A DNA stretch of 64,000 nucleotides from Dimorphilus gyrociliatus (GCA_904063045.1 CAJFCJ010000031.1:1-64000), one strand, 5' to 3'. Shown: positions 25,425 through 38,905, counted from the first letter of the stretch. Translations and numbers: made by a program. Notes: generated from the letters alone by a model not told the origin.

Positions 25425-27900
25425 ATGGACAAGAGTATTTTCTTGAAATCAATGTTAATTGTTGTCGTCATGTGTCTTTTGAACTGTAATTGGTGCCATG
25501 GAATGAAGATAAGTAGGGTTCTACAAAAATTCGAAACAGTTCGTGATAAATCAGGGAGAAAATTCGACTTTTCCGAAGACTGTTATTCAATAAGTACGAA
25601 ACGAAACAAGAGGAATGTCATTCTTCAAGATTATATAACAAGTATAGTGAGTACAATAAGTGTGAAAACTTGTAGCGTGCTACTTGAAGTGAATCCATTT
25701 TACTCTTTATAGAAAGTAAGTGACTATATGGAGAGTAAGGATATGACACCAAGATATTTGCTTGAAAAATTAGCTAGTTTTTATAAAGTACCGTCCGAAC
25801 ATGTTCACTTAAAAATGTGTGGTCAGAAAGCTTTGTTCTATGTGGTTAAGAAAGAAGCTAAAGCTAATTCTGTGGATGTGAAAGACTGGATAGCCCCTTA
25901 TCTTGTCAGTGCAAAATTGAATGCTGCTATTGCTGCTGTTCCTTCCGAAATAGGCTTGACGGCCCAGAGTCAGGTATGAAAAGTGTGAACGTAGGCAATT
26001 ACTATTTGATAGCGTTACTAGTTCGATATACGTAGCGTTAAAGGCGCACTCTGTTGACAGAAACAGTCTAATGAGGAAGATAAGAGCGTAATGGAATACG
26101 TTCCTTACGTAGTCGTCGCCGTTATTTGCCTAGTGTTACTGGCTGTCATATTATCGGTGAGCGTTACTTATTCCAACTTTTACGGCGTCTAACTATCGTT
26201 GATATTTTCTTTTTTCCCTTTCACCTATTTAAGGTATGGGCTTTTACTAGACGTAAGAAGTCAGAAAAATGTCAGGAGCAGCGTTTAGTCTGCGTCTATC
26301 CGAGTGTTAAGCCGAATCTGATCAGTACGAGTCAAGTACAGCCAGATTCGCCCTCACCCAGCCCTTTCAGTACTCCGAAAATAAAAAACAGGAGTTTACT
26401 GGAAAGGCGGGGTTCCAATGCATCCTTGACTATAAGCTTAACACCCCCACCACCCCAAAAATCGGCTATCAAAGAATGTAGCGCTCAACTGTCTTTGGAG
26501 AGTAATACTCGATGCCTTTCCTTCAATGAACTCAGCTCTACATTAGAAAATGTTGAAAGTTTAACGAAAGAATTCTGGGTTAGTATTTTATATTTATTTT
26601 GTTTTTTTGTCTCTTTTTTTTTTTAATCTTTTTTTTTTAATCTTTTTTTTTTTAATTTTTTTTAACTTCTTCTTCTTTTTCTTTTTCTTCTTCAAAAAGG
26701 AAATACCAATGAATCATCCGGATAAGGCGATTGTTAGCGGTTCCGGTACATTGAATCGCTATAGGACAATTATTCCGAGTAAGTACTGTTTTAAATTATC
26801 TCCGATGTCGGTTGCTCTTTCATCTCCGAAGGTTTACTTTGCAGACGAAACAACGCGAATTAAGTTAAACGAACAAGATGGTAAGCCAGGATATATTAAC
26901 GCTAATTACATCCGGGTTAGTCTTTTTTTTACAACTGATGAAAAGACGTCTTGTATGGGATTACATGTTGCTTTTTAACACGGGTATAGGGCTACAACGG
27001 TCAGAAAAGAGCTTTCATAGCTACTCAAGGTCCGATGCCGCACACGATAGTTGATTTTTGGAAGATGATTTGGCAGGAGAAATGTGAAATAATTATTATG
27101 ATTACGAAATTGGAGGAAGAAGCAAGAGTTCGTATTATTACTTTATAGCCTAAAATAATAATAGATATACTTAAATATATATTTATATATATATATAGAT
27201 ATATATATATATAGATATATATCTTTACTGTACATAGTACACATGAGTGTATTGTTTCGTATAGAAAGATGCACTACAATTACACATCTATTAGCTTAAA
27301 AGTTCATCATCCGTTTAAAAATTTTTGCTTAATCAGATAGAATTTTAATATAAATTAATCAAACAGAACAAGTGTGAAATGTATATACCAGAAACTGGTG
27401 ATGTACGTCATGGTGATTTTGAAATTTCCGTCGAGAATATTAGCTATCATTCGAGTTATGAGATACGAGCAATTTGCTTCAGAGTAAGCCTACTATTTAT
27501 TTGTATAGCAGCCAAAAAGTGTTATAAATTTTCTTTTTCGTTTTAAAAGTATAATGATGAATCAAGAACGGTGAAACATTTTTGGTATACTGCCTGGCCG
27601 GATCAGAAAACTCCTGAAACGGCAAGAGATTTGGTTCAACTAATTGAGGATGTCAAATCGGTAAAGAGGGACCAACCCGTCGTCGTTCACTGTAGTGCTG
27701 GTATTGGAAGAACCGGCTGTTTTATAGCGACTTTTATAGGCATACTGCAGATTTTAATGGAAAAAAAGGTTGATATTTTATCTATTGTTTCTCAAATGAG
27801 GTTGGACAGAGGTGGGATGGTACAGACGTACGAACAGTACGAATTTATACATCAAGCCCTAAACGTCTACATATCAGACTTTTTGCCAGATACCTCTTAA
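25425..27900 (+). CDS. PTPRR: Receptor-type KIM-containing tyrosine phosphatase (PTPRR/PTPN5/PTPN7 family)
   Basis: Signal peptide (MDKSIFLKSMLIVVVMCLLNCNWCHG) and short ectodomain. A TM exon at ~26060-26156 (YVVVAVICLVLLAVILS) is missed by the ORF track. KIM LLERRGSNASLTISL, then NRY, GYINANYIRG, FIATQGP, WYTAWPDQKTP, VHCSAGIGRTG and RLDRGGMVQTYEQYEF. Confidence 0.9.
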
Positions 27901-30900
27901 AAAATATGACAAAAAAAATAGCATGCATTTATTACCTAAAGGAGACTAAAACAACTAAAATATCATCGCTTTTTCATTTGTATTTCTCTATCTCCTTTCT
28001 CTTGTCTTTTCTTATTCGGGTATATTAATATATACACATACATTTATGTATATATTAATATACTAGCAGCATATCTAAAAAAAGAAAGATATTTTGTGAA
28101 TAGGCAGAACGAATTTTATCCTGCAGACAACGCGAGTTTTGGCACTTATGTATATATATATATATATATATCGTTCATGATTTAATAGTAATGATAGTGA
28201 TTATTATATTATTATTTAAATATTTATACGGTACTTTTTATTGCCTTAAAAAACGAATTCGCCTGAAACTTGTCTATATACATACACACACACACACACA
28301 TACATACAAACATACATGTATACAAGTTTATATATATATATACAGTATATATATAAAATATTTAATTTGTTCTAATTGAATTAATTAATTAATTATAAAG
28401 AAGAAAAAAAATTCACAAAAACATAATAGAAAAAAAATTTAACGTCCTTCTCGTATTTATTATGATATATAAACTTATACATATATATATACATATATAT
28501 ATATACATACTATTCTATTTAAATGCATATATATATATATATATATACAAACAAACATACACATATACTCATTTAGGTTTATTTTTTATTATTTTTTTTT
28601 GACTAATATGTTCAAACTCTGTGTTCGCTTTTATCAATTCTAGTCACTGCATGAAAATTGTATTGTCAGGTCTAGTTGTCGTATTGATTATAGGTTTACC
28701 TCTGATTCTTGAAATGGGAACTTTAAATAGTTGCTACGGAGTAAACGATAATGAGTGCTTTACGAAAATTGATATTATTTTTGTTAGTATTACACTCCGT
28801 GTTTAACCTGTAATTATATTGTTTATTGCCAACCTTTCAAAACTTTATTATTATTATTATTATTATTATGGTTATTGTTATTGTTATTATTTATTTAAAT
28901 ATTTGCTTCTTTCGTTAAAACGATAAAGGAACAAACTTAAAAGCTTTAAATTTCTCTCCTTGGCCAAAATTTTTGGATTGATTTATTGACTGATTATTTA
29001 TTTATTTATTTATTTCCATTGTTGTTGTGATTTTACGGTCAAAACTGCCCTTTTTTCCCGATGGTTCTAGTCCATGAATTTCCTGCTAACAACAATATCC
29101 AATTTCAAGTAATTTCTAGTTTAAGTTCTACGGATTCTTTTAACGCGCTGTGCACATTTACAGTTTTCTGCAGTAAATCGCTTTATGTGTAAAGAGTCAT
29201 TTTTTTTCTCGTTGATTTATCCAATCGGTATTACGTGTTTTTTTTTTCTTTTTTTTGATACTAAACAAATGTTCAGTTCTTTGATGTTGTCACTAATGAA
29301 TATATTTTGATGTTATTTTAAATATATAAATGTTATGGCAAACCTTGTCCAAATACGTCATTTACGTTATCTCGTCTGCCTTACCCATATTATTATTGAT
29401 ATATATATATATATATATATATAGTACATTTATTTATTTACATGTTTTGCCCAATTATCAATATATACATGAATACAGGAGTATTGATACATTTTTTATT
29501 TGTTCTAGTGTAATAAACAAATAGATATGTAAAAAAAGGAAAAGTGATTTATAAGCTCTTCCTATCTACCTATTATTGTTTTATTTTATCTATAATTACA
29601 AGCTATAAGACGTTAAATAGACGCTGAAGTTTGTTTGTCAAAAGTATAACTGATACTACATTATCGATTTATATAATTCAATTGTAGTAGCCTTTTATAA
29701 TTGTTACCGTTTTTTTTATTTACCTGGCAATAGACGCTTGTTACTTTAATTAATATTTTATAGTATATAGTCTATAAATATTATTTGCTGATTATTTAAA
29801 CAGCTCTTACTCTTCTGATAAATGTATAACTAGGACAAAAATACCGTACATACATGCATACATCCTCAGTATTTATTATTCTTTACATCAAAAAGTTCCT
29901 TGAAACAGAAAATTGGACAATTTTTTATCATCTTTCATCCTCTATTCCCTTTCTTTTTCCAATGATAGCGAGAAGGAGAAATCACACTATCTCGCTACTT
30001 TGTTCTTTGCAGAGAAAACTTAATCTTTTCTTATAAATGATATTCTCCTTCCTTCCTTTTTTAGCTATTTCAATAAAAAAAAGGGTAAATGGAAAAGTTT
30101 ATTGAATATTCAAGATAATAAAAGAAGAGAACGTTATAAAATTATCTATACGAAAGGATTTTTGTTACAAGATGTATAGTTTATTCTTCAAAATTGCTGA
30201 CAATTCAACAAACAAGGCAGAAAAAGGAGATCACATGACGACATTTATGTACTAGCTTTAGGTTTAAACTTCTTAGCATTGAGAAAATTGTCTAGGAAAC
30301 TGAGAGTCAAGTAGGTTGGCTTATACTTCTTTGATTACTTTTGTTTCGACGTGATAGTCTTCTATTTTATAGGTTTCGAAAGCAACCGTCGTCTAGAAAG
30401 AAGCCATACGGAAGTTTTAGAATCGTACGAATCTACGAATCGTACAAGAGACAAGAGAGAAAGAGAAAGAGAAAAAGAGAGAGAGACGCTTCAATTTCTA
30501 TAAATACTTTATACGGAAATCTAGTTCTGTTAAACGGGCAAAATGAGAAGGAGAAAAGAGAGCGAGAGAAAGTTAAAAACCTCCTCTTAACAATAATACA
30601 ATATTTACAAAATCTACCAACTAAGACAGAGACCCTTTTCTTCTAATCTCTATCTTCACTTACATCAGTTCTTTGTTTTTTCCTCTCTTACTACTTTTTT
30701 TTTTTACATTAAAATACTAATTGAGAAAGATATTCATTAAGATTAATTAATATGTGATATACAGCATGCATATTCTCGAGTTGTTTTTTCCAAGAACCTT
30801 TAATGACGTTTATATTAGTCTTTTCATAAGGAAAGATAGCCATAACTAAAAGAGCTAATTATATTTACTAAATGTATAAGATTCACCATCATTTTTTATA

Positions 30901-30905
30901 TAGTA

Positions 30906-30906
<1 letters not shown>

Positions 30907-30973
<67 letters not shown>

Positions 30974-30982
30974 TGAGAGAGA
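30907..30982. repeat. Compound (TA)n(GA)n microsatellite
   Basis: About 23 TA units followed directly by a GA run. Confidence 0.9.
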
Positions 30983-31951
30983 TGATATACGACGTATATA
31001 TCAGTATACATCATTTCTTTTTATCCTATAAATTTTTATATATGGCATAGTTTTCTGGAATGTTTTATATATAACAACTGTTTACAAACTTTCCCCGTAT
31101 AAATATCTCTTCTCCCATCAATCGCTATCCTATTATTGTTAGCCTTAGTTTTAGCCTTGTACAATGTGACACTGTTTTTGTTTTTTTTTCAAAAATAATG
31201 AAAAACAATGAGATAATCTGTTTAAAGGATTATCCAAACTTTTTTAGAATAAAAATACTAGAGTTTTCAATGTTGAATGAATTTTCAATTGTTTCCTAAA
31301 AACGCTTTGTTATTGCATGATATGTGATGAATATTCCGCATATACTGTATATACGTTATTCTATATAATAATTATAAGCTACCTATGTACGTAACAGTTG
31401 TTTAAAGCCTACGAATTGTGAACTTACATACGGATCAATAAATATGATAAGGGTACTCAGAAATACTAAGCTTTTTAAAGGAGAGGTTAAGATGGCGATA
31501 GCATGTTATGAATTATTATGTATTTTATACTTATAGGGGTTTAAAGTAATCAATTATGATGTTTTTTTTCTCACTCACTCACTCACTCACTCTCTCTCAC
31601 TCTCTCTCACTCTCCTCTTTTCTTCTCTTAGCTTTCCCGCCCATTTATGAAAAATATATTTCCATTGTAGAATGCACTATAATACTTATTATATTTTTCA
31701 TAAACATCTAAGGAAAAGAGTATTTATACATTGAACATTCTAACTTTACGTACGAAAAAGCCATAATTACTATAGGTATAGTCACTTTTTTCTATTATTT
31801 TCTCTCTCTTCTACTCTCCTATTCACTTAAATGAATTGTCTACCAAAGAATTATTAACAAGAAAATTTTCCTGTAGTCATATTATTCCTTATTACTTGTT
31901 CGCTATTTTTAAAATTTGAAAACTTTACAACCATTATTAGCCTGTAGACTG

Positions 31952-31957
<6 letters not shown>

Positions 31958-31993
<36 letters not shown>
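31958..31993. repeat. (CT)n microsatellite
   Basis: About 18 CT units. Confidence 0.9.
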
Positions 31994-31995
<2 letters not shown>

Positions 31996-33473
31996 GTCTC
32001 TTCCCTTTCTGTCTAGTTACTAATTTTTTTTTCAAGGTAAACATAACGTCAGAGAAAAATTTCCTTCTGTAAAATTATAATTACTGACGCTGCAAAAAAA
32101 AATTGTATAGTATATAGATCTATTTTTAAAATTGTCGCAGTAATATTACCCAAAACTGAAAATAGCTTGTAATTATGGACAAACTGTCATAAAAAATTTC
32201 GCACTCATTCAGCGAGTAATTAAGGGTAAAAAGAAAAAACAAAATATGAACAGAGTGTTTCCCATCTTTCATTCGTTTCTTTTTTTTTTCTTTTTAATTT
32301 ACTGGATGGCTTACCCAAAACCCTTTGATTATTGTAAATAAATATACAGTATATATAATTATAAACTACTGCCAACTTTTAATTCCTCCATTCAAGTGAT
32401 TGGTGAGTAGGCAGAAAAATATCCTATCATAGGAAGGTTGTAATTCAACGTTTAACCTAAAGATGGCGTATAAAACGGGTAATTTTAGACGCCTATTTCT
32501 TTGAAAGATTTCAGATTCACCTGCAAAAAAAAAAACACACAGAAATTGAGAAAAAAAATTAATATTTTTAGAATATGAATTCCAAAATTCCAATTTGATG
32601 AAAACTTAATAGGAGCAATTATTCCTTTGTTTAAATGACTAGAAATATATTCTGTGCATGTATAGGTTTATTTAAGCATTAAATGCGAATTTGTTAAGAA
32701 AGAATGATTATTCTAAAAGAAGAAGAAAGAGAAACATAAATAGAAGATTATCTTTTCGTACTCAATGGAAAAAGGAATGACTTTTCTCTTTATATATTTA
32801 GTTATAATTAATTGAAAGAGGTGTTAAGAAAGAATAGGAATAGTATTAGTTTTAGTAACTTAATGATAAAAACATATAAATCTTGTAGCTGTTAAAAAAA
32901 GAATCAGAAGAAGAGGAGGAACACTGCAGAGAAGAGAAAGAATGAGGTGAAAAACTTAGATGAATAGTGTTTATTATCAACTATATACATGTATATGTAT
33001 ACATTAGTATATAATTGCAAAGCTTCTCTTCCTTTATATAGTTAAGAACAAATATATCATAGAGAAAAGACATTTTTTCCCTTTATTTCGGTCTAATAGA
33101 TTACGCCATGCTGCTGTTTTTTATATAAAATTTATATATACTGTATATAATAATTAATGGTATTAATACTTTCTTTTTGAAAAGAACCTAAGAAAGTTTC
33201 CATAGATAAATTTAGTATCATTGATAAAGTAAGCGAGAAAAATCTCTTGATATTTTTGTTTTTATTTCAATATGAAAGGAGAATCTCTTTTAGTTACGTC
33301 ACTGATAACGGGGTTACAAAAAATTAAAATCATATCCGGTTGATTATTTTTCTTTTCCAATCGATAAGTATTAAATCGATGTGAACAATTAAGTGTCTAA
33401 TCGATATTAATTGTTGTTGAGTAGATATCAAGATTTTTTTTGACTGTTGGGCCACGTCATTTCAGTTGGAAAA

Positions 33474-34186
33474 ATGTCACCGAACGCTCCAAGTATACGC
33501 CAACCGAATATCGATGAAGGTTTTGACAATCATCATCTCGATTTGTGGTTTTGGTCCGAATATCAAAAGAAATTTGATAAAGTTTCACTCGATGAATTGC
33601 ACGAAAGAAAAATTGGTCTTGAGAACAATTTTAAGAACAATTTTTTCTTTTGTCGCCCAATGTACGATGCCATTCGACAGGAAATAAGGTAAATATTTTT
33701 TGTTCGACCTCTTTAATTGTTTTTTATCTTTTTTTATGGAAAAAAATTATGTTTTTATAAAAAGATAGTTGTAAACTTTTTATCTCTTTCTTTCTGTCTA
33801 TCTATCTGCCTATCTTCTCATTCTAACACACCCCTACACAGCTTAACAGAAGGTCTCTCGCTGAAACTGTACGAAAGAATGCAAAGATATATTAAGTCGT
33901 CTTCCGAACTTCACGAAGAGCTTAAACGGCAATTAGTTCATTGCCACGACGCATTCGAACAGGCTGTAGGATATTTATTTTTGGCTAAATGTGAAAAAGT
34001 TATTTACGAACTTTTTTGGTTTGTTACTCGTCAACGAATATCTCCAACAGTCCAGGTAAGTGAGCAAGGGAGGAGAAGGGGGAAAAGATCCATCATTAAT
34101 TGAATTGTTTAATTCTATTAAAATTAATTTATTTCTCCTTTTAGAACTTGTACGATGCTATGCTGAAAACAGGACTTTATCATTAG
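33474..34186 (+). CDS. Unknown 156-aa protein, 3 exons; essentially a stand-alone copy of the domain at the C-terminus of the neighbouring gene
   Basis: Exons 33474-33688, 33842-34055 and 34145-34186 have canonical splice sites and compatible phases (2, 0). It aligns with the C-terminus of the gene at 35484-38905. Confidence 0.8.
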
Positions 34187-34874
34187 CCGTTACTAGTACA
34201 TATACCACATATATACAGTATATTATAATCGTTTTTTCTCTATATTTTTTATCTTAACGGTTATCATTTGTTAAAGGAGACCGGTTTGTAAAAAAATATG
34301 TTATTGTTCTTCTTCTTTTTGATATATTGCAGCTAGAATAATTTCTAGGGAGAATGGAACATTTATGATTCTTTTTTTTTTAAACCTTGAAATTATATAG
34401 TTAAATTAACACATGCAATAATCATAATGAACAAAGACTACAAGAAAAATAAAAGTATAGAGTTCACTAATTATGTTTCTTTTTTTTAATATTAATCATT
34501 ATTAGTCTAACGGATTTAGTCTTGCTTTACACGCTGTCTTGTTCGCCATTTTGTTTCACTATTCTCAATTTACTCTCTTAGTATACCATATACAGTATAT
34601 ATCATATACGTTTTACAAATATTGTAACAAAGATATCTGCTCTATCGCGTAAATAAATAAATAGAAACAAATCACTTCTCATTTCTAAAGGTTTCAAATG
34701 AAATGTAAACTTTCACACTCGATTATCTTTCAAAATTATATATAAAATTATATATAATTGACCTATCATCTAAGTTCACGTAGTAATTTTAACCTATCTA
34801 TATCTTCGATGTAGCTCTTGCACTTAATCTTATGTTGTTCATTTGAAAATTACTCTTTCTCTCTCTCTCTATAA

Positions 34875-34908
<34 letters not shown>

Positions 34909-35483
34909 CTCATTAATTTTATTTTCTTCAGAGTTTGTCTTCCTCCCTGCTCCTCTAGCCACCCGCGAGGCAACTAATGCCCGTGTAGGCTTTTGTCTAT
35001 TTAGTTAATAAAGACATTCCTTCCTTTTCTCCTACTTAAAAATCTTCCAAGTGAGAGGAGACTTCACTGTTCGTCTTCTGAGTAATTATTAACTACGGTA
35101 TCGTATAGCAGTCCTAATTTTCCCTTAAAATGCATTATTAGTCCATTATTTATTTTAATAACGCTCGAAAACTGACACCCAGTCTTGTAGTGTTTAAACG
35201 AACGGTGTTAATCGAAAACTGATATTGATACCTTGGAAAGGTTAAAGGTGTGCTTTTTCCTAGTGTCGTTAAGATAGTGAGTGATATAATAGATATTCCA
35301 CGACTTTAGTTACCACAAAATACGAAGCGTTTATATTTTTTTCCCAATATTGATGATAATCATCAGCAAAGTACAACAACGATGATAGCACCAACGTATA
35401 ATCTTAACAAATAGAAATAATAGAGAACAAAAAAAACCAAACAAAAAATAACAAAGGAAAAAGAAAACGGAAGAAGATAGAAA

Positions 35484-38400
35484 TCATAACTTGTCTAAGG
35501 ATCCTTTCTCGTCTAAAAGAGATGCTATCTTGCAGAAGGCCTATAAAGAATGAAATATAGTTATAGAGATAAATATTTGAGTAAGGGGAAAAAAATTTTT
35601 TTTTATACTTACTCTATCAATCGCTGCGCTCTTCGCGATTATAATATCCTCCAAAAAGTTACACACATTATTTTCAAATTTAGAATGAAAGAGTTTATAG
35701 ATACCCGAATCAAGTATATTATCACATGCACTAATTTCTTCCAAAAGACTTTTCCTTACATTTTCAGCATCTCTCAATGAACTTTGAGCACTCATAAGAA
35801 TTTCGGCTGTTAACTTGTCGTTCTGCTCACAAATACTAAATAAACGCTCGAAACAATCATGATCTGTAAAATATTTTTTCAATAATTCCTTTTCTAAAGA
35901 GATTTTACGACTTTTTATTTGCTCTAAAGACATTCCCTTCATAGTTGCAAACGTTTCCCAGAATATTAAATCCAACTCATAGTCTTGTCTAACTCTCTTG
36001 TTAATTTCTTTCGCTCTTATTGAATCTTTACCAATTAATTTACGTTTGATTTCGTTGAAAGTTTTATTTCTTTTTGGTTTGGCGCAACAAATTGCTCTCC
36101 AAGGTTCTAATTTCATCTCCTTTAGTTCATTGAAATTGCCATTCATTAAACACTTTTGTTCATGTTGTATAGCTCGCATATATTCCATTTCAACAACGAA
36201 CCACGGATCATCATCTGAATTGGATTCAATAGAGTTTAACTGGTCATATAAACTTTCTTCTCTATATTCGCCAATCTCCATCTCGTCTTCTGAGTCGTTT
36301 GCGTCTGTTACATCTGCAATATCATTATCACTATAATCGTCATTACTATTATCGTTACTATCTTCATCAGTAATCTCCTGGTCGCCAAATTCATTGTTAG
36401 TGTTATTAGCATTGACATGATTGTCGTCGTCATCATCATCATCGTCATTATCGTCGTCGTTATCTTTATCGTCGTCGTCGTCGTCATCATTGTCATCTTT
36501 ATCATTTTCATCATCATCTTTGTCACCGTCACCGTCGTCATTGCCATTTGTATCACCTTGCTGGCTAACATCATTATTATTGTGAAATTCGTTTTGGTCC
36601 TCAGCGAAATCATCGTCACTTTCACTTTCCGAAAAGGACATACTTTGTTCCAAATTGTCTTCATAAGTCAAGAAGGGCTTCTCCAGCTTGTTCTGCCTTT
36701 CTCTTAATCCATAAAATGGTTGTTCTTGCTCCAATTTTAGATTTCTTTGTCGTTCCTCTTCCTCTAACTCTCTTAAACGTCGTCTCTTTAATCTTTGTCT
36801 TCTTTTCTCTGCTTTTTCTCTGTTGATCCGTTCACGCCTCAGCATATATTCAGTAAAAGAACTATTTTGCAGGGTATCTCCTGTAGCTACTTCTGAAAAT
36901 GATACAGGTTCTTCTAACGTTGGTAAATCGAGTGGGCTTTGGATTGTTGTTATGGGTATAGAGTTCATTATGTTAGGAAAGACTATTGAATCTCCAACAT
37001 AAATACTATTGACTGGTTGCGCAACAGATGCCATTGGCTCAAGCCCTCTGACATTCGTAGGCATTTGAGTATTCTGTTCAAGATCCTCTGCAGTATTTTG
37101 GTGAGTCTCTATCACGAAATTTTCCTCGCTGCTCATTTCGTCTGTAGTAGTTTCGATATGGCTTTCAATATCTTCTCCTTCGCATGACAACAAAGTTTTA
37201 TTAGTATCATCGTAAACAGTCGACGACGTTTCATAGTAATATATTGAATCTGGTTGCCAGCTGGCTGCTGATTCTAAATCAAGATTGAAATAATATCATC
37301 GTTAGCTTCTCATTTAACAAAAAATATATAATATAGGTTGTTACCTTGATAGTTATCGTTCAAGCTAGCATAAGGTTCATAATAGTAGCTCTGATCGTAT
37401 TGGGTATAATAATTATCAAGATGAGTTTCTTCAAAGTAGTTGGGATTCTCATTTATTTGCATTTCAGTATTCCAGGTTGCTTGACGAACGTCTTGCTGTT
37501 GTTGTGCGTGCCAAAAATTATAGTTGAAAGACGACGTTGGAATACTATTATATTCGGCATTGAATGTGTTCGCGAACATTAGATCGTTGGAATAGCCAGT
37601 TGCTGAAGCGGGTAATTGTGAAATTTCGAAGAGGGACGAATCAAGTATTGTTTGATCATAATCGATGCGTTGGACGTCTACATCTACAAAACTACTCCAT
37701 GGTTTATCGTTGTCTATGATAATATTTTTATCTTGTTCTGGGTTATTCGTAGGTGGTAGATTATTGATATTTGAGACGTTTGAAGCATTGGCAAAACGGC
37801 AGGATTCTAAAAACGTCTTATTGCTGTCGTTCATACTAGCCTGAGGCAAGATATTTTGATATTCTAAGCTTGATTCAAGCATGTCTTGATTATTGTCCAC
37901 TTCTTGGACATCAATATCGGCAAAAGCACTCCAAGGATCTTCTTCCCCAGGCAAGTTATACGTTAAATTTAAATTGTTCGTCAGATTAGGATTCCAATTC
38001 TCGCCATAGGTCTGTAGAGAGTAGTTGGTAAAAGTATTTTCAAGGCGATGTGTTTCAACGACTATTGAATCTTCAATCGAACAAGCCGCACTCCCGATAT
38101 AAGACGTTGAAGAAAGTTCATTTCCTTGGTGTTCTATAGTGAATGCGTTTGTTGAAACCCAAGCATTTCCATCCGGCGTTTCATCGAAGCTTTCAATAAC
38201 ATTCGTTAAATTAACCTGTGAGACAGTATCGCTATACTCATAAGATTGTGTCTCGTGATACTCTGGCCCGTAACGGTCAAAAGAATCTTGATTGTAGATA
38301 CTATAATCTACATTTATCAGACCAAAATATGATCCGTTGTTGCTGCTACTTGATTGCGTTTGTTGGAAGGTGTTCTGATAATATCGGTCAAATGTGCTAT

Positions 38401-38905
38401 ATTGATTAGGGTCGCTTTCCGGATTTATATCGTCAAAAATGTTGGAATTATCTTGATTATTAAGTGGGTGAGCCTCTTGGTTAAAACTGTTTAGATGTTC
38501 AAGGGAAATTTCGGGGAAAGGTGGTTCATAGCGATCTTCGTCCGTGAGAACATTCGGGAAGGGAACGTTTAACGGTCTGGGTGATATGGAGCCTTGACAT
38601 TCTTCAGCCGAATTGGAAGAACTACAATATTCATTCCCACCCGAGTTAATATGCCTTTCAATTTGTATTTGGTCTTTATAATTCTTTATATTGCTGCTTT
38701 CTTGACTATTTGGGATTAGTGCACGTGGGTTTTCGCCACCACGTGTAGAATTAACCATACTATCAAACATATTTTTATATTCACATTCACATAGTGATGA
38801 TGAATTTAAGCCATTATTCGCTTCTTCAATTGTATTTATCTCACCGACATTATGATTTTTTTGAGTCTGTAAAGACTCGCCTAACGGATTCGAGGAGTTC
38901 GGCAT
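35484..38905 (-). CDS. Unknown ~1092-aa acidic/N-rich disordered protein with C-terminal helical domain, 3 coding exons
   Basis: ORFs 37310-38920 and 35541-37193 join in frame through intron 37344-37274. The last exon is 35540-35484 (AFCKIASLLDEKGSLDKL*), after a GAT AGA|GTAAGT donor at 35613. An extra upstream exon cannot be excluded. Confidence 0.8.
36400..36600 (-). repeat. Coding Asp/Asn-rich (GAY/AAY) low-complexity tract
   Basis: Encodes DGDGDKDDDENDKDDNDDDDDDDKDNDDDNDDDDDDDDN. This explains the overlapping shadow ORFs. Confidence 0.85.

Noticed and set aside
35998-36707. Overlapping ORFs rich in M/T/I/V
   Set aside because: Alternative frames of the poly-Asp/Asn coding tract.
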